A DNA stretch of 64,000 nt from Terriglobia bacterium (GTDB lineage Bacteria > Acidobacteriota > Terriglobia > JAJPHL01 > JAPKYU01): assembly GCA_965206645.1 (NCBI GenBank), contig CBDBKE010000001.1:224001-288000 (forward strand), given 5' to 3'. Positions 19,230-30,066 of the stretch are shown here, in pieces. The number at the start of each line of letters is the position of its first letter. Position 1 is the first letter of the stretch. A program made the translations under genes and the position numbers. The notes under the pieces are model-generated. The model was not told the DNA's origin. It was given only the letters and a program-made list of their open reading frames with translations, and ran no database searches.

Positions 19230-21524
19230 TCAAGCCGAAATGGCTTTGCCGATTTGCACCAGGCCAGACTTGGGCGGCGCCAGACCGAAGCTGAGGACGT
19301 CCATCGGGCAGACGGTGACGCAGATGCCGCAGCCGATGCAACTGGAGTTGGCGTTGGTAATGGACTCCTGCTTGAGCGCAAAGCGCATCACGTCAATTCC
19401 CACCAGGCAGTTGCGGGTGCACTCGCCGCAGGCGATGCATTTTTCGTTGGAGGCAATGCGGTAGCGGCTGATGCTCAGCCGGGCGTAGGCGTGGCTGAAC
19501 AGCTCCATCATCTTGGCCAGCGGGCACCAGTAGCGGCACCAGACTTTGCCGCCAAAAAACGGATATAGCGTCAGCGGAAGAATGCCTACCAGCCAGATAT
19601 CGGCGACTATCCGGTAGATGTAGATGCCCCGCTGGGCGGGCTTGTTGAACGCCTCCACAACATCGCGGCCCAGCATCATCGCGGTGATCACGATGGCCGC
19701 AGTGAAAACAACCCAGTTCATCTTCTCCCAGCGCAGGCTGGCTTTGCCCTTGGGCGCCAAGTGGCGCCAGCGGTCCCCAAGTGTTTCGGCCAGACCGCCA
19801 CAGCCGCAGATCCAGGAGCAGTACCGCTTGCCGTGCCAGACGACCATCAGCGGGATGATGCCGAAAGCCAGCAACACCCCCCAGATCACCCAAATCTGGT
19901 GAGGATTGTAGAAGAAGTTGTAGAAGAACAGCGGCCAGGCATAGACGATGCCGTAGCTGCGCCAGCTTTGCTCGGCAAAGGTGGGGTCGCTGGCCAGCCG
20001 CTCACCTACCCACTGGTGCCGGATGGCCCACTGGAACAGGAATTCCGGCACCAGGAAAAAGAAGATCCATTGGAAGCCAATCAGGCTGGAGAAGCGCCAG
20101 ATTTGGAATTTGTCCTGCCGGTCCAGGCCCCAGCGCTTCAGTGCCTGCAAGCCGAAGAAGGTCATCACCACGGTATAGAGCACCGTGTACCAAAACTGGA
20201 CCGGGCGGTTGCCGAAATCGATCCAGTGGTAGGCCCAGCCTGTATAAGGCCAGAACTCCTGGTCCGGGCCAACCTTGATCCCGTACAGCGAGTAGAAGCT
20301 TAAGAAGGTAACGCCCAGCAACGACCACCGCCGGCCCCGCACTGCGGTCGCCAGCAAGGTGCCGAACGCGCCCAGCGCCACCAGACCGCCGAGCCAGCGG
20401 GGCATTTGCCGCGCCACGTCCAGCGAAGCCTGGCCGCCCATGACCCACAACCCCAGCAGGGTGGCCACCACCAGCGCCGCTGACCTCCCCAGGCTGCCCG
20501 TCCACTCGTTTTCCAGCCTCAGCCCCAACGACTTCAAGAATTGCCCGGGAAACTCCGAACCGGCCAGCACAAACGCGTGGCTGTAGGGGACTCTTTCGTT
20601 GGTTGTCTTGCCGTCTTTCTCGATTTTAAGGGTGGCCTCCTGCTCCCCGAACTCGGTGACGGCGGAGCTGAAAATGGGCCGAAGGCGCCTGGCAGCAATG
20701 GCTTCATTGAGCTGGCGCTCGTTGTCCTTGAAGAGCCGATAGAACTGCTCGCCGCGGTAGCTGAGCGTGACCTCGTTGCGCTCGCTCAGGGTGAGGGCGG
20801 CTTCAGCTGCTGTGTTGCCGCCGCCGACTACCAGAATCTGCTCGTCATGGTACAGCTTCGGACTAAAGAGGCGGTGATAGACGCGCTCTTGCTCCTCGCC
20901 GGGAACTCCCAACCAGCGGGGGTTGCCCCGCTGTCCGGTGGCCAGGACGATCCGCTGGGCCTGGTACTGTTTTCCCTGCTCCGTATGCAGTGTGAAGCTG
21001 CCGTCCTTGTGGCGGTTGATGCTTTTCAGTCCGTCGCCGGCATGAACCTCCAGGTCGTGATCGCGGATGATCTGGTTCCAGCGTTCGATCAGCGTTTCCT
21101 TGGTGGCCCCGTCCAGCCAGAGCTTGCCCTTGGGCGGGGTGTCGTCCGGCTCGGCGTAGATCCACTTGCCCTCAGGAAAGTCCTCGATGGTGTTGGCGAT
21201 CTTGTTCTTCTCCAACACCAGGCAGCGCAGCCCCTTGTCTTTGGCTGCCAGCGCCGCATTCAAGCCGGCGGCTCCGGTACCCACCACAATCACGTTGTAC
21301 ACGTTCGGGTCACTGGAGCGAGTCTCCAGCTTCCGGGCGATGTGCTCAATGACTTCCACGCCCTGCTCCATGGCCAGCTTGATCACCGGCGCCCCAGCAA
21401 GGTCGCCGATGACGTACAGACCAGGGATATTGGACTCGCGATGCTGGTTGAGATCCGGGCGCCGAGCCGCCCCGTTGGCCGTCTCGAAGATCCCTTCCAT
21501 CCAGCGTTGGAGTTTTCCGAGCAT
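19230..21524 (-). CDS. FAD/NAD(P)H oxidoreductase (TrxB-like) fused to a NapH-like membrane 4Fe-4S domain
   Basis: VGTGAAG, LATG and VVGGGNTA motifs; several TM helices; CSWICGC and CRYWCP; two CxxCxxCxxxC motifs. Confidence 0.88.
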   Translation of the reverse strand: MLGKLQRWMEGIFETANGAARRPDLNQHRESNIPGLYVIGDLAGAPVIKLAMEQGVEVIEHIARKLETRSSDPNVYNVIVVGTGAAGLNAALAAKDKGLRCLVLEKNKIANTIEDFPEGKWIYAEPDDTPPKGKLWLDGATKETLIERWNQIIRDHDLEVHAGDGLKSINRHKDGSFTLHTEQGKQYQAQRIVLATGQRGNPRWLGVPGEEQERVYHRLFSPKLYHDEQILVVGGGNTAAEAALTLSERNEVTLSYRGEQFYRLFKDNERQLNEAIAARRLRPIFSSAVTEFGEQEATLKIEKDGKTTNERVPYSHAFVLAGSEFPGQFLKSLGLRLENEWTGSLGRSAALVVATLLGLWVMGGQASLDVARQMPRWLGGLVALGAFGTLLATAVRGRRWSLLGVTFLSFYSLYGIKVGPDQEFWPYTGWAYHWIDFGNRPVQFWYTVLYTVVMTFFGLQALKRWGLDRQDKFQIWRFSSLIGFQWIFFFLVPEFLFQWAIRHQWVGERLASDPTFAEQSWRSYGIVYAWPLFFYNFFYNPHQIWVIWGVLLAFGIIPLMVVWHGKRYCSWICGCGGLAETLGDRWRHLAPKGKASLRWEKMNWVVFTAAIVITAMMLGRDVVEAFNKPAQRGIYIYRIVADIWLVGILPLTLYPFFGGKVWCRYWCPLAKMMELFSHAYARLSISRYRIASNEKCIACGECTRNCLVGIDVMRFALKQESITNANSSCIGCGICVTVCPMDVLSFGLAPPKSGLVQIGKAISA

Positions 21525-21532
21525 CTTTTGTT

Positions 21533-22282
21533 TTAATGGATGGGATGCTCCTTTTGCCAGCGGGCGGCCTCGGATTCAAACGACGGGGTCACCGCTGCGC
21601 CACAACCCAGGCAGGATTGAGCGGACGGGTGGTTGTGGTAGCCGCACTTGGGACACTCGGTGAAGGAATGGGTGTGGGGAACCTTGCGCAGACCCTTTGG
21701 AACGCCCTCGGGGAGCTGGCTCATTTGGCCAGAGGGTCGAGTGACCAGAACCAAGTAACCCGCCGCGTTCAAGAACAATCCGACGAAGAACCAGCGAACC
21801 GGCGGCAGGGCTTTCTGCACGGCCTGGTGCGCGCAGGCGCCTGCAAAGACCACCCCCAGCAGGACGTAGAGACCGGCGAAGAACCAGAACGGCGAGAGAG
21901 CCACCTGATCCCCTCGGGCGCTCAGGAAGGCGCCACCCGGCTTGAGCTGCGAAAGCCATCGACGCGGCTGGGCGCTTAGATGTTGCTGGCACGCTCCCAG
22001 GTGAACGGCGACGCGCTGGCCCTGCACCATATACACCACATCCCCCTCGTGCAGTCGTTCGTTGCAGACCACACAGAACTCCCCGGGCTCCGGTTCGACC
22101 CGCTTGCCTACCACCTTCCCGCCTACCATCAATTCATCCGGCGCTTCCGCCGGCGCGCCGCTGGTTGGGGGCATCATTCCCTTTTGCGGCGGCATCTCAA
22201 GGATGTGGCCGTGCTGCGCCATTACCATTTGCCCCGCCGCCAGGGCAAAGCCAATCATCGCTACTCGCGTCCAGAGAATCAT
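21533..22282 (-). CDS. Membrane protein with an N-terminal YHS/TRASH-like CxxC..HxxxC domain and a C-terminal zinc ribbon
   Basis: Signal peptide, FCVVC...VHLGAC, 2 TM helices, CPKCG...CLGCG. Confidence 0.7.
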   Translation of the reverse strand: MILWTRVAMIGFALAAGQMVMAQHGHILEMPPQKGMMPPTSGAPAEAPDELMVGGKVVGKRVEPEPGEFCVVCNERLHEGDVVYMVQGQRVAVHLGACQQHLSAQPRRWLSQLKPGGAFLSARGDQVALSPFWFFAGLYVLLGVVFAGACAHQAVQKALPPVRWFFVGLFLNAAGYLVLVTRPSGQMSQLPEGVPKGLRKVPHTHSFTECPKCGYHNHPSAQSCLGCGAAVTPSFESEAARWQKEHPIH

Positions 22283-22508
22283 GACCACATCGCCGTTTCT
22301 GTGCGCTCCACGACAGAGGCACAAACGAACACACAAATACTCTACATGATTCTTGGTGCCCAGGGCACCAGGGGAAATGTTTCCCCAGCGCGGCCCGACC
22401 TTAACCTTGGAGCAAAAATCCGGGGAGCGATAGTTCTTGGAGCGATCGTCCGGCAGACTGCCGCCACATGCAGGTGCAAGCGTTTGAACCGACATTTTCA
22501 ACGCGGCG

Positions 22509-25188
22509 TCAGCGAACCGGAATCGTGGCGGGTAGATCGGGATTGCTCACAATCCCGTTCTGGCGGATTTCGACCAGCACGGCGGCGCCCGGCGCCACCG
22601 TGGACGGCAGTACGGCGTTTACTTGGTACAGCCCTACAAATCCGGGCGCGAGACCTTGATAAGCCACCGGAGCCTCGACGCCGCCGATCGTCACCGTCAC
22701 CGGGAGCAACACTGTGCTGAAGGCAGGCGCGGCTTCGCCCGTGGCAGCCGGCGGATCGGTGACCCCCGGACCCGTCGTGAAGATTTGGAGCGTGTCGCCT
22801 CGCTGCGCCGGGTTCTCGGCCGTGATGGCACGCGATTGTCCGTCCAGGATCGCCCCGTTTGCCCCCGCAATGAATATCCCCGGCTGCGCCGGCGCGATCA
22901 GATAACTCTGCGGCGCGGTCAGTTGTCCGTTCACGTTCACGACGACCGAAACGCTGTCCCCGGACTGCAAGCTATAAGGGACCTGCGCGTTGATCTGCCC
23001 CGGCCCCGCGAAATACAGAGGGATGTCCTCCGTCCCGATGCGCACACTCACCCCACTCAATGTCCGCTCCAAGGGCAACTGGGTGGCAACGGTATTGACG
23101 GCGGCAAATCCCAACCCGAAGATCGAGATGATCCCGCCGGGCGAGAGCGGCCGCCGGGACGTGAAGCCGGCGCCTTCCACGACGCCGTCCGGCGACAACA
23201 CCGGCAAGCTCGCCAGCCCAGCCGCCGCCGAAGCAGCAACCGTGATCGTCCGTTCGACCGTCGCGTACGTCCCATGCAGCGCCACAAACGTCATCGTCAC
23301 CTCGGCCGCCTCACTTACCGGCACCCAGGTGCCGCTGTAGAAGCCATCGCCGAGCGACGCCATCGAGATGTTCAAGCCCTCCACGGCGGCTACCACTGTG
23401 GCGTCGCTCAGGCCCGAGCCGCAGGAGTCTACCACCGTCGCCAGCAGCGGGCGTGGGAACGAGACCGGCACCACCGATCCGGTTCCGACCGAGGTGACCA
23501 CCATTTCCATCGACTCCGCCGCGCATTGGGCCGCTCTCGGAAGCTCCCGCGCCACGACAAACGGAAACCCGGCATAGATGAGCACGACCTCCACCACCCG
23601 CGTGCCGCCGGGCGCGAACGTAGCCGTAATCCGGCCCCGGTAAGTCCCCAGGGGCAATTCCGTGAGATCGATTTCGACACTGACGTTTGCCGCCTGCGCC
23701 GAAACAACGCCGCTCGACGGGGTGATCGAAAGCCAGTTACCCCCCGTCTCGGTCATGGTCTGGAACTGGAACGTCGCCGAACCACCGCCGGTGTTCCCGG
23801 CAAACAGGTCATTCACCGGAATTTCGATTTCACCTTCCTGGATGACAAATAGCAGGCCGTGGGAGGAAAGCTCCGGCGATGCCGGTGTCGCCGCGGGAGC
23901 CACGTTCAGCGTCACCGTAACCAATTGCGGATCGTTCGCCGCCCCCGGCGCCGAGACCGGAACCAGCGCATGATAGACGCCCGCACTCAGTCCTGCCGTG
24001 CTGATGCTCAGCACCGTCGACGACGCGCCTGTCCGCCCGGCGGTCGCGGTCCCCGACAACTCCGAAAACTGCAGCCAGTTCTGGAGAGCCGTCAAATTAG
24101 CCGGGATCGTCCAGTTCAAGTCGCCGAGGCCGCCATTAATGATCCGCAGCGCTTGCGGTGGCGGCGTGCCGCCTGCCGCCGTCCGGAAGACGAACGACGA
24201 CTGGCTCAGCAGCAAGCGGCTGCCGGCGGGACTCGCCACCACCGTCACCGGCACGCGCACCGAGCCCCCGCCCGCGGTATTCTCGATCAGGATCTCGGCC
24301 TGATACGTGCCCGGCGTGGGAAACGCCCCGAAATTCACGTCCAGGATCAGAGCAGATGGCAGAATTACGGTCGCCGTTCCGCTCGGCGGAGAAGCGACCA
24401 GCCACCCCGTTCCGTTCAGCAGCGTCACCGAAGCGCGCCAGATCAGTGTCCCTCCGCTGGCGCGGATTTGCAGTGCCTGGCGTTGCGTAGCTCCTCCCAC
24501 GAGGCCGGCCAACCTCAGCGACTCCGGGCGAACGCGGGGCGGGGCGGCCGACACACCGGCGGCCTCATCGACCACCACATTGTCGAACGTCTGGCTCGAA
24601 AAGTCGTACAGCGCGATCTGTCCGCTGGCAAAGGCATTGGTCGTGATCGTTGTAGCCGGCTCCGAGGCGCCATCCACATACGCGGAGTAGGTATTGCCCA
24701 CAACCTCGACGCGAATACGCGGGTCGCTGACGCCCGGGGTGAACAGGCCGCTGACAATATTGAATGCGCCGCCATAGGTGTTCCCATCGGTAACGACATG
24801 CCAATACAGCCCATTCCCGCCACTAAAGAAGCCTCCATTCACCAGTAAGACACCCGTTCTCCCAACGGATGTCCCCGGAGCCAGAGCGCTGCGGAGCCAT
24901 ACTCCGCCATCCCCCACATCGTTGATGTCGAGCTCGACCGAAAAATCGGTAAGGGCGAATGGGAGTGATGAATGAGCATTCGGGAAGTTGGTGAGAATTG
25001 TGGCCTTGTAGACGCCCCCCGCCGCGGTCCAAGCACCGATCTCGTTACCCCATTGTGGCGAAGCTCCGGAAGAAAAGTCGTCCGTAAAGATGATTTCACA
25101 TCGGCCAGTGCTAGCGGCAGAAGGCGAGTCCCGATGAGGAAACCAACGCAAATGTTGTTAGCAAGATCGCCCACCGTAGGAGGCGCAC
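22509..25188 (-). pseudogene. TIGR03437-type surface protein (BACON/Ig-like repeats), signal peptide out of frame
   Basis: C-terminal LSPGGIISIFG...GQINAQVP...GLAPGFVGLYQVN. Signal peptide VRLLRWAILL...GLA from GTG 25188 stops at 25111, in a different frame from the body. Confidence 0.7.
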
Positions 25189-25372
25189 GGTAGATTTTAG
25201 GCTCCTCGGAATTTTCTTGCTAGCGGCAGAAGGCGTTTGAAGGCGGATCACGTGCAGGAGCAAGGGAACCAGCACCCGGGATTTTGGAGCTTCAAAAAGA
25301 GACAGTCGTCGGAACGCTAGCGTCACGCGCCTGGGTGGCGGCCGCGACTCTAGGCAAACACTCTAGGCGCGG

Positions 25373-25633
25373 CTACTTCTTGTACCAGGCGGCATTGATC
25401 TCGGTGAAGTTGTTCCACTTCTCCGGCAGGTCATCCAGGGCGAAGATTGCCGTGACCGGGCAGACGGGCACGCAAGCCCCGCAATCAATGCACTCCACCG
25501 GGTCAATGTAGAGCATCTCGACGCCCTCGTACTCAGCCTCATCCTTCTTCGGATGGATGCAGTCCACCGGGCAAGCGTCCACGCAGGCAGTATCCTTCGT
25601 CCCGATACAGGGCTCGGCAATCACATATACCAT
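25373..25633 (-). CDS. Ferredoxin (3Fe-4S/4Fe-4S, FdxA type)
   Basis: EPCIGTKDTACVDACPVDCI...CIDCGACVPVCP. Confidence 0.95.
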   Translation of the reverse strand: MVYVIAEPCIGTKDTACVDACPVDCIHPKKDEAEYEGVEMLYIDPVECIDCGACVPVCPVTAIFALDDLPEKWNNFTEINAAWYKK

Positions 25634-25900
25634 CGGCGAACTCCCCTCAGGTCCCCAGCTTCAACTCAGCTTTCCACCAGAATCGCCGAGGAACCAGGCC
25701 TCTACGGAGAGAATACACTACCCTCCCCGCTAGATGCAAGTTATGAAAGATGACACCCTAGCAGAGGGCTTGGGTGTCCGCAAGTGCAAAGGAGCGAACG
25801 GCAAAGCCGCAGCAGTAAACGGCGCGCCGGCGAGGGCCACCCCATCCGGGGAGCTGAGTGACTCAACGCCAGCGGCTCGGACATCGTCTTTGCTAGCAGG

Positions 25901-27694
25901 ATGAACCCCGGCATGATGAGGACCGGAATTGCTGCCGCGGGCCGGATCCTGTGCGCCCAGATTCTGTGCGCTTTGCTGCTGTTGCCAGCGCTGGGTCAGG
26001 CTGCCGACCGGCAGGCCCAGCGGGCCTACCGCGAGGGACAGCGCCTGGAAAAGGCGGGTAAGCTTCGCGAGGCTCTGGACGCTTACAAGCGCGCCGCTGA
26101 ACTTGCGCCCAGGGACCCCCGCATGATCCTGCACCGCGAGATGGCCCGCCAGCGCGTAGCGTTCCAGCACGTGAGCGCCGGCCTGCGCCTGGTCCGCCAG
26201 AAACGCTACGCCGAAGCGGTGAGCCAGTTTGAGCAGGCATCGGAACTGGACTCCTCCAACGAATTCGCACGCCAGCAACTGGAGCGTGCCCGGGAAGCGG
26301 CAGACTTGGCGGCAGGGCGGCAGCAACGCCCGGCCCCTGCTCCCAGGTTGCCGGCGATCGAACCCTTGCTGGCCTTGCAGCCGCGCCCGGTGCGTCGTGC
26401 CTGGAACCTGCGCGGTGACCCGCGCGCTCTGTACCTGGCCTTGGGCGCCTTCTACGGAATCCAGTTTGAATTTGAGGACGCGGTCTCACGTGCTCGTACG
26501 CGATTCCATCTAGAAGAAGCCGATTTTGCTACCGCCGCTCGCGTCCTGGCCACCGTCACCGGGACCATCATCGCGGCGCTGGCGGAACAGGTGGCGCTGG
26601 TGGCTCCCGATACCCCCCAGAACAGGAAGCAGTTCGAGCGCCAGGTGTTGCAGCACTTGGTGGTGAACGAACTGGCTACGCCGGAGGCGATCACCGAAGT
26701 CGCCACCGCACTGCGGGCGCTGCTGGAGATGAAGTTTGTGCGGCCCAACCCGGTACAGAAAGTAATTACGGTGCGCGACACTGCAGCCAAGGTGCGGGCC
26801 GCCGAGCGTCTGGTGCGGATTTTGGATGTGGGCCGCCCCGAAGTGCTACTAGAATTGGAGACCCTGGAGGTGAACTCCCGGCGCGCCCGTGAGCTGGGAG
26901 TGCTCTCCCTCCAACAGACCAGCCTGTTCAAGCTGTCCCCGGTGGACGGTCGGGTGCAGTCGGGCGTGGCAGTCCCCCTGTCGCAGTTGCTCGGGCGCGC
27001 GCGCGCTACCGCCGGCGCCGAGTCCCAACCGCCCCTGGGCACATTTGGCGGAGGTCTCAGCTTCTTTGGCGTGACCCTACCCTTTATCGAATTTCGCGCC
27101 CGGCTCTCCGAGGTGCTGGTGCAGAGGATCTCGACACTGACGGTGCGCGGCAGCGACGGCCAGCCCGCGTCCCTGCTGGTGGGCGAGCGCTTCCCGGTCG
27201 TCAACGCCATCTACTCCCCTGCCTTTGCCGTCGATCTACAGCAAGGGCAGCAGCCGGGGACCTTGATCAACCCCGTCCCGTCGTTCACCTTTGAGGACAT
27301 CGGGATCAAGCTGCAGGTCACACCGCGGATCCACAGTGGGCAGGAGATCTCTTTGCACGTGCAGGCTCAGGCGCGATCGCTGACCGGGCAGACGTTCAGC
27401 GGCCTGCCCAGCTTCAGCAACCGCGAGACGGAGCAGGTGGTGCGGGTTCGCAATGGGCAGGCCACCCTGATCACCGGCGTCCTGTCCCGGGAAGAACGCA
27501 GCTCGCTGGTCGGAACTCCCTTCCTGGCTGAGGTTCCGGTGTTGGGTTACCTGTTTGGGCAGCGCACGCAGGAGACCGCCGAAACCGAGGTGATCATGGT
27601 GCTGACGCCGCACATTCTGCGCGAGCGCGCCGGCCCGCTAGCGGCGCGGGAGATCATCGCCCTGCCGCGGAAGTACGTGCCAGTAGCGCAGTGA
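25901..27694 (+). CDS. TPR-containing type II/III secretin family protein
   Basis: TPR N-terminus; EDIGIKLQVTPRIH and PFLAEVPVLGYLF motifs. Confidence 0.85.
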   Translation: MNPGMMRTGIAAAGRILCAQILCALLLLPALGQAADRQAQRAYREGQRLEKAGKLREALDAYKRAAELAPRDPRMILHREMARQRVAFQHVSAGLRLVRQKRYAEAVSQFEQASELDSSNEFARQQLERAREAADLAAGRQQRPAPAPRLPAIEPLLALQPRPVRRAWNLRGDPRALYLALGAFYGIQFEFEDAVSRARTRFHLEEADFATAARVLATVTGTIIAALAEQVALVAPDTPQNRKQFERQVLQHLVVNELATPEAITEVATALRALLEMKFVRPNPVQKVITVRDTAAKVRAAERLVRILDVGRPEVLLELETLEVNSRRARELGVLSLQQTSLFKLSPVDGRVQSGVAVPLSQLLGRARATAGAESQPPLGTFGGGLSFFGVTLPFIEFRARLSEVLVQRISTLTVRGSDGQPASLLVGERFPVVNAIYSPAFAVDLQQGQQPGTLINPVPSFTFEDIGIKLQVTPRIHSGQEISLHVQAQARSLTGQTFSGLPSFSNRETEQVVRVRNGQATLITGVLSREERSSLVGTPFLAEVPVLGYLFGQRTQETAETEVIMVLTPHILRERAGPLAAREIIALPRKYVPVAQ

Positions 27695-27875
27695 GCCTGC
27701 GCACCGACGGCTCCCTGTCGGTGGTGGCTCTGCCAGTTCAGACTGCTGAGCCAGTCCCCTTCAGCAAGTCGGACAAAGCTGGAACCTACCGGGTTGTCAT
27801 CCACTTGTTGGACAAGCGGGCATACAATAGTCCCGGCAGGCGACCGCCGCCAGATGAGCAAGCCCTATGTCCATC

Positions 27876-28875
27876 ATGCTTCGCGAAATCGGAGAGCAGC
27901 CGGGAGCGCTCGAGCGCACCTACCAGCGGGAGTTGGGCAAGGTCCGACGATTCCGTACCCTCTCCTCACTGCGCAACTTTCGCCTGGTGGTGCTGGTGGC
28001 TCGGGGCACGTCCGACACCGCCGCCCTATTCGGCCGTTACCTGATCGAAATCACCACCGGTATCCCAGTCTCTCTCTGCGCGCCTTCGGTACACACCCTG
28101 TACCGCAGCGGACTGCGGCTGGAAGGCGCGCTGGCGGTCGGCCTCTCGCAGTCTGGGGAGGATGCGGACGTCAACCTGGTCCTGGAATCCTGTCGCAAGC
28201 AGGGGGCCTACGCCTTGGGCATGACCGTCTTCGATGGTCGGCCTGGTGGACGAGTGCTGGTTCGTTCATGCGGGCAAGGAGCGCGGCGCGGCGGCCACCA
28301 AGACCTACACCAGCCAGCTGCTCCTGCTCTACCTGCTGGCCTGGGGGCTGGGTGGACGCATCGTACTGGAGGACTTGGCGCGACTGCCGGATCACGCCGA
28401 ACGCGCGCTCAAGCTGCGTCCTCAGGTGGAGTCCCTGGTGGAGCGCTACCGCTTTCTTCGGCATGCGGCGGTGGTGGCCCGCGGGCTGAATTACGCCAAC
28501 GCCTGGGAGCTGGCCCTGAAGCTCACGGAAACCTGCGACGTGGTCGCCGAGCGCTGCTCTTCGGCCGTTTTCTTGCCAACTTCTACACGGGTGGAATCCG
28601 GTTTCCCGGTGATCGTTTTCGCGCCGGCCGGCCTGACTCAAGAGGGCACCACCGACATCCTCCGGAGGCTGCAGGAAATGCGCGCTGAAAGCCTAGTCAT
28701 CTCCTGCCGGCCTCTGGACAAGCTGGCGACGCGCCTGCTGCGCATCCCCGTGGCGCTCCAGGAGCTGTACGCACCCATTCCTTACATCGTTCCCGGCCAG
28801 CTTTTCGCCGCCGCGCTGGCTGCCGTCAAAGGCCTGGACCCGGACACCCCGCGCAAGCCTACCAAGCTAAGTTGA
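27876..28875 (+). pseudogene. SIS-domain sugar isomerase (GlmS C-terminal-like), frameshifted near 28227
   Basis: MLREIGEQP, ARGTSD and SQSGE in one frame; AATKTYT and ELALKLTET in another. Confidence 0.82.
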
Positions 28876-29043
28876 ACCCAAGGTTGGAGGGCCGATCTTG
28901 CTGCCGACCCGCAACAAGTGGGAAGATGGAACGACCAGTTGGGCCAGCGTGTCAAAGCAGGCTTGGTGTTCAGGCGCGGACCGGGCGAACGTGACCGGCA
29001 TGCATGCCGCGGTGGGCAAAATAGCTGTGAGGAGATCCTTCCA

Positions 29044-29925
29044 ATGAAACAACCGAAGCCAATGAAGCAACCGAGGTTTTCCTTTATTGATCATCGCGTC
29101 ATCGGCTGGTATTTCCCATGGTTCATGAAAGGCCGGGTTCCGACGAGCAGCCCGTTGGAAACCAAGATGCGTATCGCCAAAGAGGCCGGCTTCGGTGGGG
29201 TCGGGACAAGCTGGTGGGACCTGGTTTCCTTTTACCAGGAGCGCGGCGCCCTGTCGCAACTCAAGACGCTCGCGCAGGAGCTCCACCTTCCCCTGACGGG
29301 ATGCACATTCGTCGCCGAGGGCTGGGCCTTCGCCAGTGGCAGCGGTCGGCAAAACGCGTTGTCCCTCGCCAAGTCTTCACTGGACCTGGCGCATGCCGCC
29401 GGCTGCCAGAACGCCAGCATTGTCGGGTCCTTTGAAACGGGAGAAGTGCGCCAGGCTGCCCAGGGGTTCCGGGAACTGTGCCAGTACGCGGACACCCTGG
29501 GGATGCCTCTGGGTCTGGAGTTTATCGGGCCGACCCCCCAATTAAAAAGCCTCGCCGTGGCTTGGGAAATAGTGGACCTTGCCGGCGCTGCAAATGGCGG
29601 TGTGACGATCGACAGCTATCACTTCTACGCGGGTTCCTCAAGCTTGAAAGACCTTGAGGTGTTCCCGCTGGACAAGATTGTTGCTGTCCATCTGGCGGAT
29701 GCGCCAGCGGACCTGAGCGACCCGGGCATTGACTTGGACCGGATCATGCCCGGGGAAGGAGAACTGGCGTTGCAGGAATTTGTTCAGGTCCTCGACGCCA
29801 AAGGATTCGACGGGTTCTGGCACGTGGAGTGCATCCAAGGCAAAGATTATGCTTCCGACCTCAAGGCGGTCGCTTCGCGCGCCTTCCAGCTCACGGAGAA
29901 GGTTGTCCGCTCGGCGCTCTCCTAG
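29044..29925 (+). CDS. Sugar phosphate isomerase/epimerase (IolI-like TIM barrel)
   Basis: LEFIG, IDSYHF, VHLAD and RIMPGEG motifs. Confidence 0.85.
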   Translation: MKQPKPMKQPRFSFIDHRVIGWYFPWFMKGRVPTSSPLETKMRIAKEAGFGGVGTSWWDLVSFYQERGALSQLKTLAQELHLPLTGCTFVAEGWAFASGSGRQNALSLAKSSLDLAHAAGCQNASIVGSFETGEVRQAAQGFRELCQYADTLGMPLGLEFIGPTPQLKSLAVAWEIVDLAGAANGGVTIDSYHFYAGSSSLKDLEVFPLDKIVAVHLADAPADLSDPGIDLDRIMPGEGELALQEFVQVLDAKGFDGFWHVECIQGKDYASDLKAVASRAFQLTEKVVRSALS

Positions 29926-30066
29926 CCCGAAGGCGCCTCACGCTAAAGAACAATCGCATCAGGGAACTGGCCGACCTGGCCGGATCGCTTGGGCAGGGAA
30001 ATGCGTAGGGGAATGTGTAGGGAGAAGGGAGCATCCCCGGGCAGCGGTCCGTAAAACTTCAACGGC

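Noticed and set aside
25760-25900. c-di-GMP-I riboswitch upstream of the secretin
   Set aside because: GCAAA words are present, but I could not build the GNRA-capped P2 and receptor architecture.
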